Position numbers and translations under genes: made by a program. Shown here piece after piece: positions 12,554 through 23,781 of a stretch of 64,000 nt of DNA (position 1 is its first letter; each line of letters opens with the position of its first letter). Location: the NCBI GenBank assembly GCA_951406725.2, contig OX597814.1:75888001-75952000 (forward strand), in the 5' to 3' direction. The stretch is from Octopus vulgaris (Eukaryota). The notes under the pieces were generated by a model. The model had not been told where the DNA came from. It worked only from the letters and a program-made list of their open reading frames with translations, and ran no database searches.

Positions 12554-15389
12554 CACAGGTCAACAAAAAGATAAATTTTTGAAATGGTGTTGAGACACCA
12601 AACATCTTTTTTAGCTAATTTGAGGGTGCTGAAACTGAAAATGACCTTACTTTTTCTTGGTTAGCTACCATTTTTGCTGTACAGAAATGCCTCGTTTTTT
12701 GGGAAAAAAAGCATTTTTTTTCTATTTGCTTTCTGTTTATTTGATATTGATCGATAGCAATATTTCTCAAAGTAAAATCGTAGAAATCTCTCAATTCATA
12801 TTTAAACCAACAAATATTGGTCTGCTTATTGAGAAATACTATTTTTGCAATAACAATCAGACCCTAAGTCTTTAAAAATAACATGATTGAATATATCAAG
12901 ACCAACATCAAATCATTAAATAAACTAACAGCAGAAATAAAACCTTCATGAACATAAAAACTATGGTAAAAACTTTTTCTTGATTGTCTGTCAAGATCAA
13001 TGTTATTTAAGTCCCTTTTAATACTCCAGCTGTTGTCAGCCATCATTCATTTGTCCCACAGTCTCTGGTAGCACTCTTCCATTGTTTTGATATTCTGATG
13101 GAATTGTTCGTCTTACTCATCACTCACAATGCAGCATTTATCCGGGAATTGAACCTTAATAATCATATTAGTGCCTAGGTCCTGTAGACTTTTCAACAAC
13201 TTTTCCACTAACTCCTTGTAGTTTTCAGCCCAGTGATTGCCTAAGAAGTTTTTCACCATGTCAACAAATGATGTCCAAGTGTGTAATTCCAAGTCATTCA
13301 TTGAATTAACAAATTCATCATCCTTAATGAGTTTCCTGATATCAGGACCATCAAACACTCCTGTTTTGAGTTTTTCAGTGCCAAGTCCTGGAAACAATTT
13401 ACATATATACTCAAAGCATTTACTTTCTTTGTCAAGTGATTTTACATACTGTTTCATTAATCCCAATTTGATATGGAAGGGAGGGAAGATGATTTTTTCT
13501 TTCAGAACTAGCACTGCACAAATAACGTTCTTTTCACTGACCTTCAACTCTGAGGTGGCTAATCTTTCCTTTTCAAGTGCTTTTCTTTTGCTCTTCTGTC
13601 CCACATACACCAAAAACATGGAAATTTCATGTAGCCACTTTGTTGACCAAGCAGGAAATTTACCATTTTCAAATCAACTCATAACACCCATTTATGTTTG
13701 GTGTAGTCAATCTGTTCCATAACCTGTTTGATGGCATCATGTTTTTCTTTCAGTGTTGTTGAATGACCTATAGGTATTGGCGCATACATGTTGGTATTAT
13801 GGAGCAAAACACATTTCAAACTACATTCTGAACTATCAATGAACAACCTTCATTCATCAGGATCGTATTTGTGAATGTCTAGTCGAAGAAGAACACTCTC
13901 AACATCAATGCAATGAACAAGATCTATGTTCTCATTAAAGAATGGTACAAATTCAGCATCCCTATTTCGATAGAATGTTACCTTTGTGCCTTTTGCTAAC
14001 AGGTGTTTTTCACTGAGCCTAGAGGCCAGAAGTTCTGCCAATTCTCTGCTTAGATTTAAGTTGCAAACCAAATCATTCAGCTCATTTTGGTTAAACAGCT
14101 CTGGCACAGTTTCGGGAACATAGTCAGGATCGTTTTTGCTGTGTCTCTCATTTACATCAGTATCAGACTTATTACTTTCAACAAGTTTCAACAAATTTTC
14201 ATGAAAAACTGGGATCAGCAAATCATCTGAATGCAGCACTGGTCGAATAGCGGAATGAAGACTGGGGTAGTCAACAGATCTGCGTTTCTTTTGGTTCAGT
14301 CCCACAACACTGACTGAGCAGAAGTAACATTCATCAGAGTGGTTCTTTGGCTCAAGCCAGATCATAGGAATAGCAAACCTCAGCGATTTTCAGGTACCTG
14401 AAGTCCTCTCATGTATTCCAAACATGTCTTGCAAACAATGTGAAGGGCCCATGGTTTTTCCTAATCACAAAGCTTGACGGGAAAGTAAGCACAATAGGCT
14501 TTCTTGTAAAAGTCAGATATCTGTTTCCTGTTGGTTTTTGGTGTGAACTCACTGCATGTATAGCAAAATAAGTTGGGATCATTTTTGCATCCTCTCGTTG
14601 AAGCCATGTCAATTGATGTCTATCTCTATGATTAAAAAAAGAACATGAGCTGGTTGAGCATTTACATTACACTTTGCATGTTCACACTTAGGTAATTTGA
14701 TGTTTCCTAATGTCCTATGGAAAGACTTGTAAAACTGTCAATAACAAAAGACAGAAAGGGTTATTACGCTGATTCTACTTTGTATCTTCGTAATCCAACG
14801 TGGAGGGCAGATGTTATGGTGAAACCATTTTCATGATGTTCATCTTGTACACTGGAATGTCTTTAGTTGGAGTTTTTTTCCAACTGTAAAAACAATAGCT
14901 CTTAATGTGCTTGGTTTCCTTCCATATTGAAAGAATAAAAGAGATGAGATAAATTCACGAATATCAAACAGAAGATTTTTGAGTTTCATTTTTTTGAGGT
15001 CACCTTAATTATCAGGTTTACTAAAGTGTATTACTGATAAAGTTTATCAGTTAATTTGAAATGTGGCAATAAATTGGAAAAAGTTGGTACTTTTATTTTA
15101 AAAGTTTTGAATCAAGAACACTTTTTTTCTTACCAAAATAGTTTATTTCAGGTGGCTGACATAAATTGCTCAGCCTACCTGAAAATTCATGGGTTTCTAC
15201 TACATTTTTTAACTAAATTTTGTGATCAGCCAAGATCATAAATTGATCTTTTTCCAAAAATGAGCAATTTCTGTACAGCAAAAACAGTAGCTAATCATGA
15301 AAATCTATGGTTATTTTCGGAATCAGCACCATCAAATTAGTTAAAAAACGTGTTTTGTTTCTCAGCACCGAAAATCGTGTTGACCAGTG
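12554..15389 (-). mobile_element. Chapaev3-type (CMC/EnSpm superfamily) DNA transposon with both ends
   Basis: Termini CACAGGTCAACA...TGTTGACCAGTG with long imperfect subterminal inverted repeats (~12590-12710 vs ~15245-15370). TAA on both sides (12551-12553, 15390-15392). CAC..GTG ends with a 3-bp TWA TSD are the established Chapaev3 signature. Confidence 0.85.
12950..14607 (-). pseudogene. Chapaev3-like transposase, disrupted
   Basis: ATG at 14607: MASTRGCKNDPNLFCYTC..KKAYCAYF..HIVCKTC..PMIWLEPKNHSDECYFC..YPSLHSAIRPVLH..RLFIDSS..PPFHIKLGLMKQYVK..FDGPDIR..NFLGN..EQFHQNIKTME; several stops and frameshifts (ORFs 13850-14365, 13113-13619). Confidence 0.85.
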
Positions 15390-18070
15390 TAATTAGTGAG
15401 TGGAGAATGAGTTACAAAATGATGGCTCAGAAACAATCCAAGTAATGGCATGAGGTTTATTCCAATTTACACCAATCATTTTGTAGAAAAACAAAAAGGC
15501 TACAACACTTCAGGCAAATGGCACTATCATGTACCAACAAAGGTTCTAAACAAGCCTGGTAAACCAAAGATTCTATGAGATTTTGACATCTAGGTAGATA
15601 GAATATCTTAGGATAGCTGTCATTATGCTAGACATAATAAAAACAGGCTACCCCATAACAGATAAGGCATTTCCTTCAGAAAGAAAAAAATGCAGTCAAG
15701 AAAGAAGAAAAGATCTCCAAACATGCTGAATTAAAAGTAGAAATATCAAGAATGAGGGGATACACAGCAGCAAAAATGAATGTCATATCAGTTACCATTG
15801 GCACATTAAGTTCAATTCCTCAAAATTATGTTAACTAGAATGTTTGGGCATCAGGACAGACAAGCAAGTACTCCAAAAATCTCTTCTTCGAACTGCTCAT
15901 ATTTTTAGAAAGGTGCTTGCAGTTTAAGGCCTTTTGTCAAGGCTTAATAGTTATCACAAGGAGGAAAAAGAAAATAACAAGAACCAATAATTTATATCTA
16001 CATTGTGCAATGAAATAATAACAATAATGATGATGATGATGATGAGAACCTTTTCTTGCAGAAAATACAAAGAAATATTAGCAAGGGGATTTGCAAAAAC
16101 AGATTGGAGCAAGATGGGCAAGCTCTACAAAGATTAGAAGGTGGGTAAAATACATTAGGCTGTATAGAAACAGACAAATAAAAAATATAAAGCACAGATA
16201 CTTGCACTGAAGTAAATAAGAAAGTGTAATGAGGTACACAATAATTTAAACAATATATTATTAAAAGGAAATAAAACAAGAAACATTACCAGGTAGATTG
16301 GGTCAGAAGACCTTATGTATCTGTCTATTATTTCTAATATTGTTTTCCCATATACTCAAAGGCCCCATTTAATGCCTACATCTTCTGGACAGAATTGTTG
16401 CAGTTCACTAGAGTATCTTTGATTGTTTTGACTTAAACAATCTTTTGCATGCCCCCTATATTCTATAGCTATCTCTACCTATGTTACTTTTACTTCACCA
16501 GAATATTTTTGGAACCACAGATACATAATTTTAACTATAGTAATCTGTTTGATTTTCAAAGGATGAAGATTCCTTCTTCATCACTTTTATAATTTTTTTG
16601 AGGTGTGATACCATTATTGATTTGAAGAAATTCTTCCTCCTCATTTGTTTTAGCTGTTTTGTGTTAACTTCTGTTTTGAGTTTTTTGTTTTCCTTTTTCT
16701 CATTTCGTGTTTCCTTTGACAGTTTATACATTTTCTTCTGCAACCATTATCTCTTCCTTGTCCACAAACAATGGAGTGGGGCTACTGGTTGCCAGGTTGT
16801 TAGGAGATGAAGATTTTGCTTACTTGCTTCTAGAAGTGGGCACAAAGCAATTTCCTCTACCATTCCCGAAGTTTTGATCAATGGTGCTTTCTTGCTGCTT
16901 TGGCTGGTTTTTCATTGCTTTCTTTTATTGTTTTGTTGCTTAATCTTCCAAATTCTTCAAGATGATTGGTTCTGAAGTGCTTCTTACTGCAACAAACATA
17001 GAAACTTGGCTTTTTACCCTGTGCCATCAATCTCATGCTCTTTGTTTAGGTACTCTCAACTGGACACAGTCCCAGTATAGTTTTGAGGCTTTCATGTCTC
17101 ACCAGGACTTGCAAATCCATTCTGATGTCCTCTGTCCACATGCCACCTCCTGTCAACCCTTGCTTTCACAACCTTCCTATACTGCAATAAAAAAATGATT
17201 ATCAGTAACAAATGCACATCGTTTTTCCATATGTCTTATTACCATCCTTGTATTTCTTTGTCCCATGCACTAGAGTACAAATGTATATGAGTGGATGGGT
17301 GTATATCAAACAATTTCAGCCTGTGTTATAGATGAGTGTTTGGTTTCAAAAGTGCAGCAGATAGGGTCATAACTTTTATCATTTTCAGTTAAGAAGTTTT
17401 CTCCCAAGATGTCCTGGATTCATAATTGTTGTCATAAAGAGAAATCCAGTCCAGTTCCATCTTTTCTAAAGCAATGATTAATAATTTTTTTCTTGGCTCT
17501 TTCTCCTCCACCCAAATCTCCCTATATCCCTCTCTCTCCACCTCTCTCTCTCTTGGATCAGATCATGCAGCAAAGAAACAGTCTGATTTTATAAAATTCA
17601 CCCAATTATTTTTTCCTTGGAACTGTCTTAGGTCTAAAATCTATCTTTGTGTTTGCATTGAGGTGGAGCTAGCTTTAACACAGCTACTGTTTGAGAAATT
17701 CAAAGTGTGTAACTGCTGACTGCTGGTGTTATTGTTGTTTTTGTTGTTGTCATTACAGTTAATTGTAGGGCTGTTTGGACCATTTTTTCCTGTTAATTAT
17801 TCATTAAAATGTTCATTTCTTTTCACTTTTTGTTCATTCAGTGATAAATTATGTTTTTGTGTTGCTGTACTTCCCTTATTTGCTAACACAATATTTTGTC
17901 TTGTCCTGTGTTTGGTGACCAGTTTGAAAGTGAAAATAAGATAAAACTATTTCTCTTAGGTAATTATTATATTTTTTTAGCAAGTGCTGTAAAGAAAATT
18001 TTATTTGATAGTACTATGAATACAGTTGGGTTTCAGAGCAAAATAAAATATGTGCATGGTTTTAGAGTCA

Positions 18071-18071
<1 letters not shown>

Positions 18072-18119
<48 letters not shown>

Positions 18120-18173
18120 GAAGAAGAAGAAGAAGAAGAAATAATAATAATAATAATGATGATGATGATGATG
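18072..18173. repeat. Compound (TAA)n(GAA)n(TAA)n(GAT)n microsatellite at the 5' junction of a LINE
   Basis: Directly visible. Confidence 0.97.
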
Positions 18174-18175
18174 AA

Positions 18176-20801
18176 GTAATGAGTAAAGAAGTAAGAAAAA
18201 GATTGCCAGCATTAAAAGGCACCAACAGAAGGAAGCTGTTAGAAATGACTAGGAAAGTAGTTTCTGTTATCAGTAGGATAGATACTAAAAATACAGGAGA
18301 CACTAATTTACTGATCAATGAAAGAGAGGTAGTAGTCACCAGATGATTAGATATCTCTCAGAGAAGGATTAAAAAAGAGCAAATGTGGTAAAGGAGACAA
18401 CAAAATAAAGTGAAGACTAAGACAAGATCTCAGTAGAATATAAGCCTGGAAAATGAACAAGTTAAGAAACACAAGATGCAAATCTTCCCTCGAGAAAAGA
18501 TACTTAGTCAAAAAGAAAGGATTTGGGACAGTCATAGAAGAGTTGAAACAACATATCATAGCAGTAGCAGGCAAGCTCTCCAGATATCAGAAAAGAATAG
18601 ATCAATATCAAGAGGATAGATTATTGAGACAGACCAGAGAAGATTTTATGACAAAATAAATAGTGGAGAAGATAAGAAACCTAATGCAGAAGAAGCTAGA
18701 AAGTTCTGGAGTAATATTTGGGATAAGTCAGTCAATCATAATGAAGATGCAGTATAGTTAAAGAAAGTGAGAGAAGAAGTAGCCAGATCTAAGATTACCT
18801 AGTGCATTAATGAGTAAAGTGTTAGGAAAAATGCCAAATTAGAAGGGACCAGATTTAGTTCAAGGGTACTGGCTAAAGAAATTTAGTAGTTTACATAGGA
18901 GGCTGAGGGAACAACTTCAAGATTGCCTTAATGGAAGAATAATACTAGATTGGACAACTAGAGGGAGGACAATACTCATCAGGAATGATAAGAGACCAAT
19001 CACTTATTAGTGTGGAAGCTGTTAATAGGAATGCTCTCAGAAAGCATTTACAAGCATCTTAACAACCAACATTCACTGCCAGAAGAACAGAAAGGTTGCA
19101 GGAAGAAGGATAGAGGAATGCATGGTCTGTTATACATAGACAAAGCAGTTCTAAATGAAGTAAAAGCTAGAAAGAAAAATCTAACAATAGCATGGATATA
19201 TTATAGGAAAGCCTATGACATGATAACACTCATGGATGAGTAAATGTTTGAGCATATTCAGTATAGCAGACAACATAAAAGAATTTATTAGCTATTGTCT
19301 GAAGAAATGGAAAGTAGATCTCTACTCAGGTGAAATACTCTTAGGAAAGGTTAATATCAAAAGAGGAATTTTCCAGGAGGACTCATTGTCCCTTTTAATA
19401 TTTCTCTTATGTTTGATTTTTCTCAGTTTAGTATTAAGGAAGGCAATGCAGGGTGTCAGTTCAGAAATAGTAAGGGAAAAATTAATGAAAAAGAGACAGA
19501 TTCCTTAATACAGACTGCAAAACACTTCAGCAAAGATATAAGCATGGAATTTGGCATAGATAAGTGTGCAATATTAGTCATGAGAAGTTGACAGGTAGTC
19601 AACAGTGAAGGCATCCAATTACCAGATGGCCAAACATTAAAATCATTGAAAGGAGGAAAGAGTTATAAGCATCTAGAAATATTAGAATCTGACAGAGTAC
19701 TAACTAGAGAAATGGAAATGAAAATTGAGACAGAGTACATCAGAAGGGCGAGGAAGCTAATGGAGTCAAAGCTAAATGGTCTGAAGGCTGTAAATACTTG
19801 AGCAGTATCATTACTTAACAACAGTAGAAGATTGCGTGGAGTTAGCTAGAGTGAATATAGACTCCTATGTAGGTAATAGTGAAGAAAGTTTATTAAAAGC
19901 TGCTAGAGTCACAGCAAAATATAGGGAAACCAAAAACCCAAACAAAGTTAAAAATCAAAAAAAAGAACAGAAATTATCTGACTGGCAGAAGGCGTCACAT
20001 GGTAGATTCCCCAGAGCAGTTTCAAGAAATAGTAGTGAGATATGGTTATGGTTGCAGAAAAGAAGGCTGAAGAGCAAGACAGAAAGTTTGTTAGTAGCAG
20101 CATAAGATCAGGCATTAAGGACAAGTAGATTCCCAGTGTAGATTATGCAAATCAAAAGAGAAAAGTGTTACATGGTAAGTAAATGTAGCATGTTGGCACA
20201 AAAAGAATATAAGAAAAGACATAACAATCTAGGGAGAATAATCCACTGGGAGTTATATAGAAAGCTAGGATTTGAACATACTGATGAATGGTATGACCAT
20301 GAACCCTAACCCTAACCCTAGCCCTAGTAAAGTACTAGAAAGCAAGAAATATATGATGTTGTAGGACTTCAACATTCATACTGACAGAGTAATAGAAGCG
20401 AGAAGGCCTGATTTGGTAGTAGTAGATAAAGAGAATAGAAAGTGCCAGATAATTGACTTTACAGTCCTAAATGATGAAAAAATTAATATGAGAAGTATAG
20501 AAAAAATATCAAAATACCAGGATCTAGCTATTGAATCACAGAGACTATGGAAAGTGCAGGTAAAATATATCCCAGTAGTTATAGGTACATTAGGAACTAT
20601 CTTAGATCTGAACACATGGATCGAGGAAATAGGCATAACACTAGTTTAGTACAGCTCCAGAAAACAGTGTTATTAGAGATAGCTAAGGTTACTTGTTGTA
20701 GTAAGATAGGGGGGTTCTTGGCTTCTAAAGTTACTTTTTGTAGCCTGATGTTAGGATTTTTCTTTTCCAACAGTCTAATCTGTTGAGTGTATTTCAAAAT
20801 G

Positions 20802-20853
<52 letters not shown>
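18176..20853 (+). mobile_element. R4/Dong-like RLE LINE, long decayed copy with (TAA)n tail
   Basis: KFWSNIW, GPDLVQGYWLKK, LPEEQKGCR, AWIYYRKAYD, RGIFQEDSLS, MEFGIDKC, HGRF, QKEYKKRHN, RRPDLVV..IIDF..KYQDL..PVVIGTLG; (TAA)n at 20805-20853. Confidence 0.9.
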
Positions 20854-20854
<1 letters not shown>

Positions 20855-21895
20855 GGCCTCAGTATGGCCTGGATCGACTACAAAAAGGCGTTTGATAGCA
20901 TCCCCCACACATGGATCCTCAAAACACTAGCCATTAACAAAGTAGCACCAACAATTATAAAATTCATAGGGCACTCTATGAATAAATGGCAAACAGTGCT
21001 ACAGCTCCAAACAAAAGAGGGACTCATGAAAACCAAAGCCATCCCATTAGAAGAGGAATATTCCATGGAGACACGCTCTCTCCACTCCTTTTCTGCTTGG
21101 CACTGTCACCTCTATCTGATATGCTAAATAGAACTGGATGCGGATATAAATGTTGCGGCAAAATGATCAGCCACCTTTTATATATGGATGACCTAAAACT
21201 ATACGCTGCAAATGACAAACAGCTGGAAACACTATGAAAGACAGTTCATGGATTTACCAAAGAAATAGATATGAAATTTGGATTAGAAAAATGCGCCAAA
21301 GTAACCATGAAAAGAGGAAAACTAGTTAAGAGTAGACACATCACACTAGATAAAACCAATGAAATAAAAGAATTAGACCAATGCCAAACTTACAAATACT
21401 TAGGAATCCATGAACTAGATAAGACACAAGACACACAAATGAAAGAAGAAGAAGAAGAAGAATATTATAGACGAGTTAGATCAATACTAAAAACAGAGCT
21501 CAATGCTAAAAACAAGATAATAGGTATTAACACTTTAGCTGTCCCAGTTATAAGTTACAGCTACAATATCCTTAACTAGACACTAAATTAACTGATCAAA
21601 ATAGATAGGAAAACAAGAAAAATAATGACAGGATCTAGGATGCATCACCCAAAATCTGACATAGAAAGACTATATATACAACGTATAGAAGGTGGTAGAG
21701 GCCTTATACAGCTGGAAAACTACTATAAAATAACCACCATAGGACTGCAAAAATATCTACTTCAGAAGGAAGGAAAACTGATACAAATAGCGGCAAAACA
21801 CGAGCAAAACAAAAAACTGTTCTCAGTATTTAAGGAAGCTGACAAATACTAACAAGAAATCATACCACCTAATAAACACGAAGAAGAAGAAGAAG

Positions 21896-21927
<32 letters not shown>

Positions 21928-22282
21928 GAAGAAGAAGAAGAAGATGAAGAAACAACAAAAGAAATGGAGAAACTTTCAAAATACAAAGACCTGGAAATAG
22001 AGGTAACCAGAATGTGGAATCTAAAAACAGAAACAATTCCTATCATAGTAGGTGCATTAGGCATGATAAAAAAATATTCAGACAAATACATAACAAAAAC
22101 ACCAGGACTTACAAACACATATAACATACAGAAAATTGCACTCCTAGACACTGCACACATCCTACGCATAACACTTTCCATACAATAACCATCAGAGCAT
22201 CACAACAAATCACAGCACATACCCAAGGCACACAGAGCTGCGCTCGGTAATGAAGTGAAAGCACGCTATAAAAATAAAACTA

Positions 22283-22313
<31 letters not shown>
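20855..22313 (+). mobile_element. Young R4/Dong-like LINE copy A, 5'-truncated, with a 600-bp internal deletion, inserted in (TAA)n
   Basis: MAWIDYKKAFDSIPH..RGIFHGDTLSPLLF..HLLYMDDLKL..KYLG; nearly identical to 23780-25607; a few stops/frameshifts; ~100-bp 3' UTR and (TAA)n tail. Confidence 0.95.
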
Positions 22314-22315
22314 GT

Positions 22316-22527
22316 CCTTTCTACTAAAAGCACAAGGCCTGAAATTTTGGGGGAGGAGTAAGTCAGTTACATTGACCCCAGTGTTTCACTAGTAGTTGTT
22401 TTATCGATCCTGAAAGGATGAAAGGCAAAGCTGACCTTGGTAGAATTTGAACTCAGAATGTAAGAATGGACGAAATGTCACTAAGCATTTTGCTAGGCAT
22501 GCTAACACTTCTGCCAGCTTGCTGCCT

Positions 22528-22528
<1 letters not shown>
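22316..22528 (-). mobile_element. SINE family A
   Basis: Reverse complement of the family A head and body, lying between (TAA)n and (TAC)n runs. Confidence 0.85.
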
Positions 22529-22571
<43 letters not shown>

Positions 22572-22591
22572 ATAATAATAATAATAATAAT

Positions 22592-23146
22592 AGTGCTCAG
22601 ACACTGCAAACCTCCACCAAGGCAACACCAATTATCCAGAAATGATTTTTAAAATGAGACTATCTGAAATAAACTTGACTGCTCTCACAAACAAGAATAC
22701 TAAAAACGAACCCAACTGCTCTCAAAAATTAAGTAAAAAACCGTAAAAATAATCCAGAATCCTTGTCCAGCACCCAATCAATCCCAATGGTAGTCATGGA
22801 ATGTGAAGGTGGTTGTAGAAAATTTAGTAGCAGTAATAATTGTTTATCCTTATCTAATCCAAGCCTAATACTTTAGAAACAGCCTAAATGGGGATAATTG
22901 AGAAAGACTTGAAAGTCAACATAAGATCATAATCATGTAAAGTAAGTATAACAAATATTCAAGAATCCTTGTCTGGTACTGGATCGATCCCAAAATCTAA
23001 TCAGTTTGTGCCTGTCACAAAGCCAAACATCCCAGTAAGTTTCATCTGAATCCATCCAGCAGTTCTTGAGCTATTTTGTCCATGGACAAACAAACAAACA
23101 AACACGACTGAAAGCAATACCTCTGCCTTCGCTAAGGCAGAGTTAA
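22592..23146 (-). mobile_element. Non-autonomous Helentron (HINE / DINE-1-like)
   Basis: One end has the hairpin CTCTGCCTT-CGCT-AAGGCAGAG (23121-23142) next to an (AAAC)n microsatellite. The other end has a related sub-terminal repeat CCTCCACCAAGG and a short stem-loop AGTG-CTCAGA-CACT. Internal repeat AGAATCCTTGTC. This architecture matches DINE-1/HINE elements. Confidence 0.65.
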
Positions 23147-23156
23147 TAATAATAAT

Positions 23157-23627
23157 GACCACCTGACCAGACATAAGAAATTGGACATTGTTGTGGTGAA
23201 TTAGAAAGAAAGAACATGTATGATTATCGACATAGCATGCCCCGGTGACAACAGGATCAATGTGAAAGAAGAGCAAAAAATAAACAACTACAATGATTTA
23301 AAATGGTAAATATGAAGGCTGTGGCCAATGAAAAGAGTAGACATGATACCAATAGTAATTGGTGCACTTGGAAGTATCAGCACTCAACTACCAACATGAA
23401 AAAGATCGAGGCAAGTGTGAAGGTAGAACACCTACAAAAATCAGCATTGCTTGGAACTGCAAGAATTCTTTGCAAGGTTCTTGAAGCATGACCAGTAAAC
23501 AAGTGTTACCTTAGTCTGCTGGCTGTGGACAGCTGACACTTTCCATCATACCCAGCAAAGTAAGTTGTGAGTTTTCATATAATAATAATAACAACAACAA
23601 CAACAACAACAACAATAATAATAATAG
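23157..23627 (+). mobile_element. 3' fragment of another RLE LINE family (endonuclease end, CAA/TAA tail)
   Basis: PDI..CMIIDIACPGD..KEEQK..IPIVIGALG..LQKSALLGTARILCKVLEA*. Confidence 0.85.
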
Positions 23628-23710
23628 TAGTGGTAGTAATAATGGTTCCAAATTTTAGTACAAAAGGCAAAGTTGACCTTGGTTGAATAGTATTGATAAT
23701 GATGATGATG

Positions 23711-23779
<69 letters not shown>

Positions 23780-23781
<2 letters not shown>

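Larger units (their letters stand above)
11070..16045 (+). mobile_element. Old R4/Dong-like RLE LINE relic, split by a SINE (11355-11605) and the Chapaev transposon (12554-15389)
   Basis: PHSWILEAL, GIFEGD, LNHLIFMDDLKIFGK, MEFG, KLHG, KCHLC | then KMMAQKQ..WHE, IGTLS..RTAHIFRKVL; TAA/GAT tail at 16015-16045. Confidence 0.82.

Noticed and set aside
16531-17950. Lys/Glu-rich minus-strand ORF (16531-16743) and adjacent A-rich frames
   Set aside because: No identifiable domain; possibly an old retroelement ORF1 relic but not supportable.
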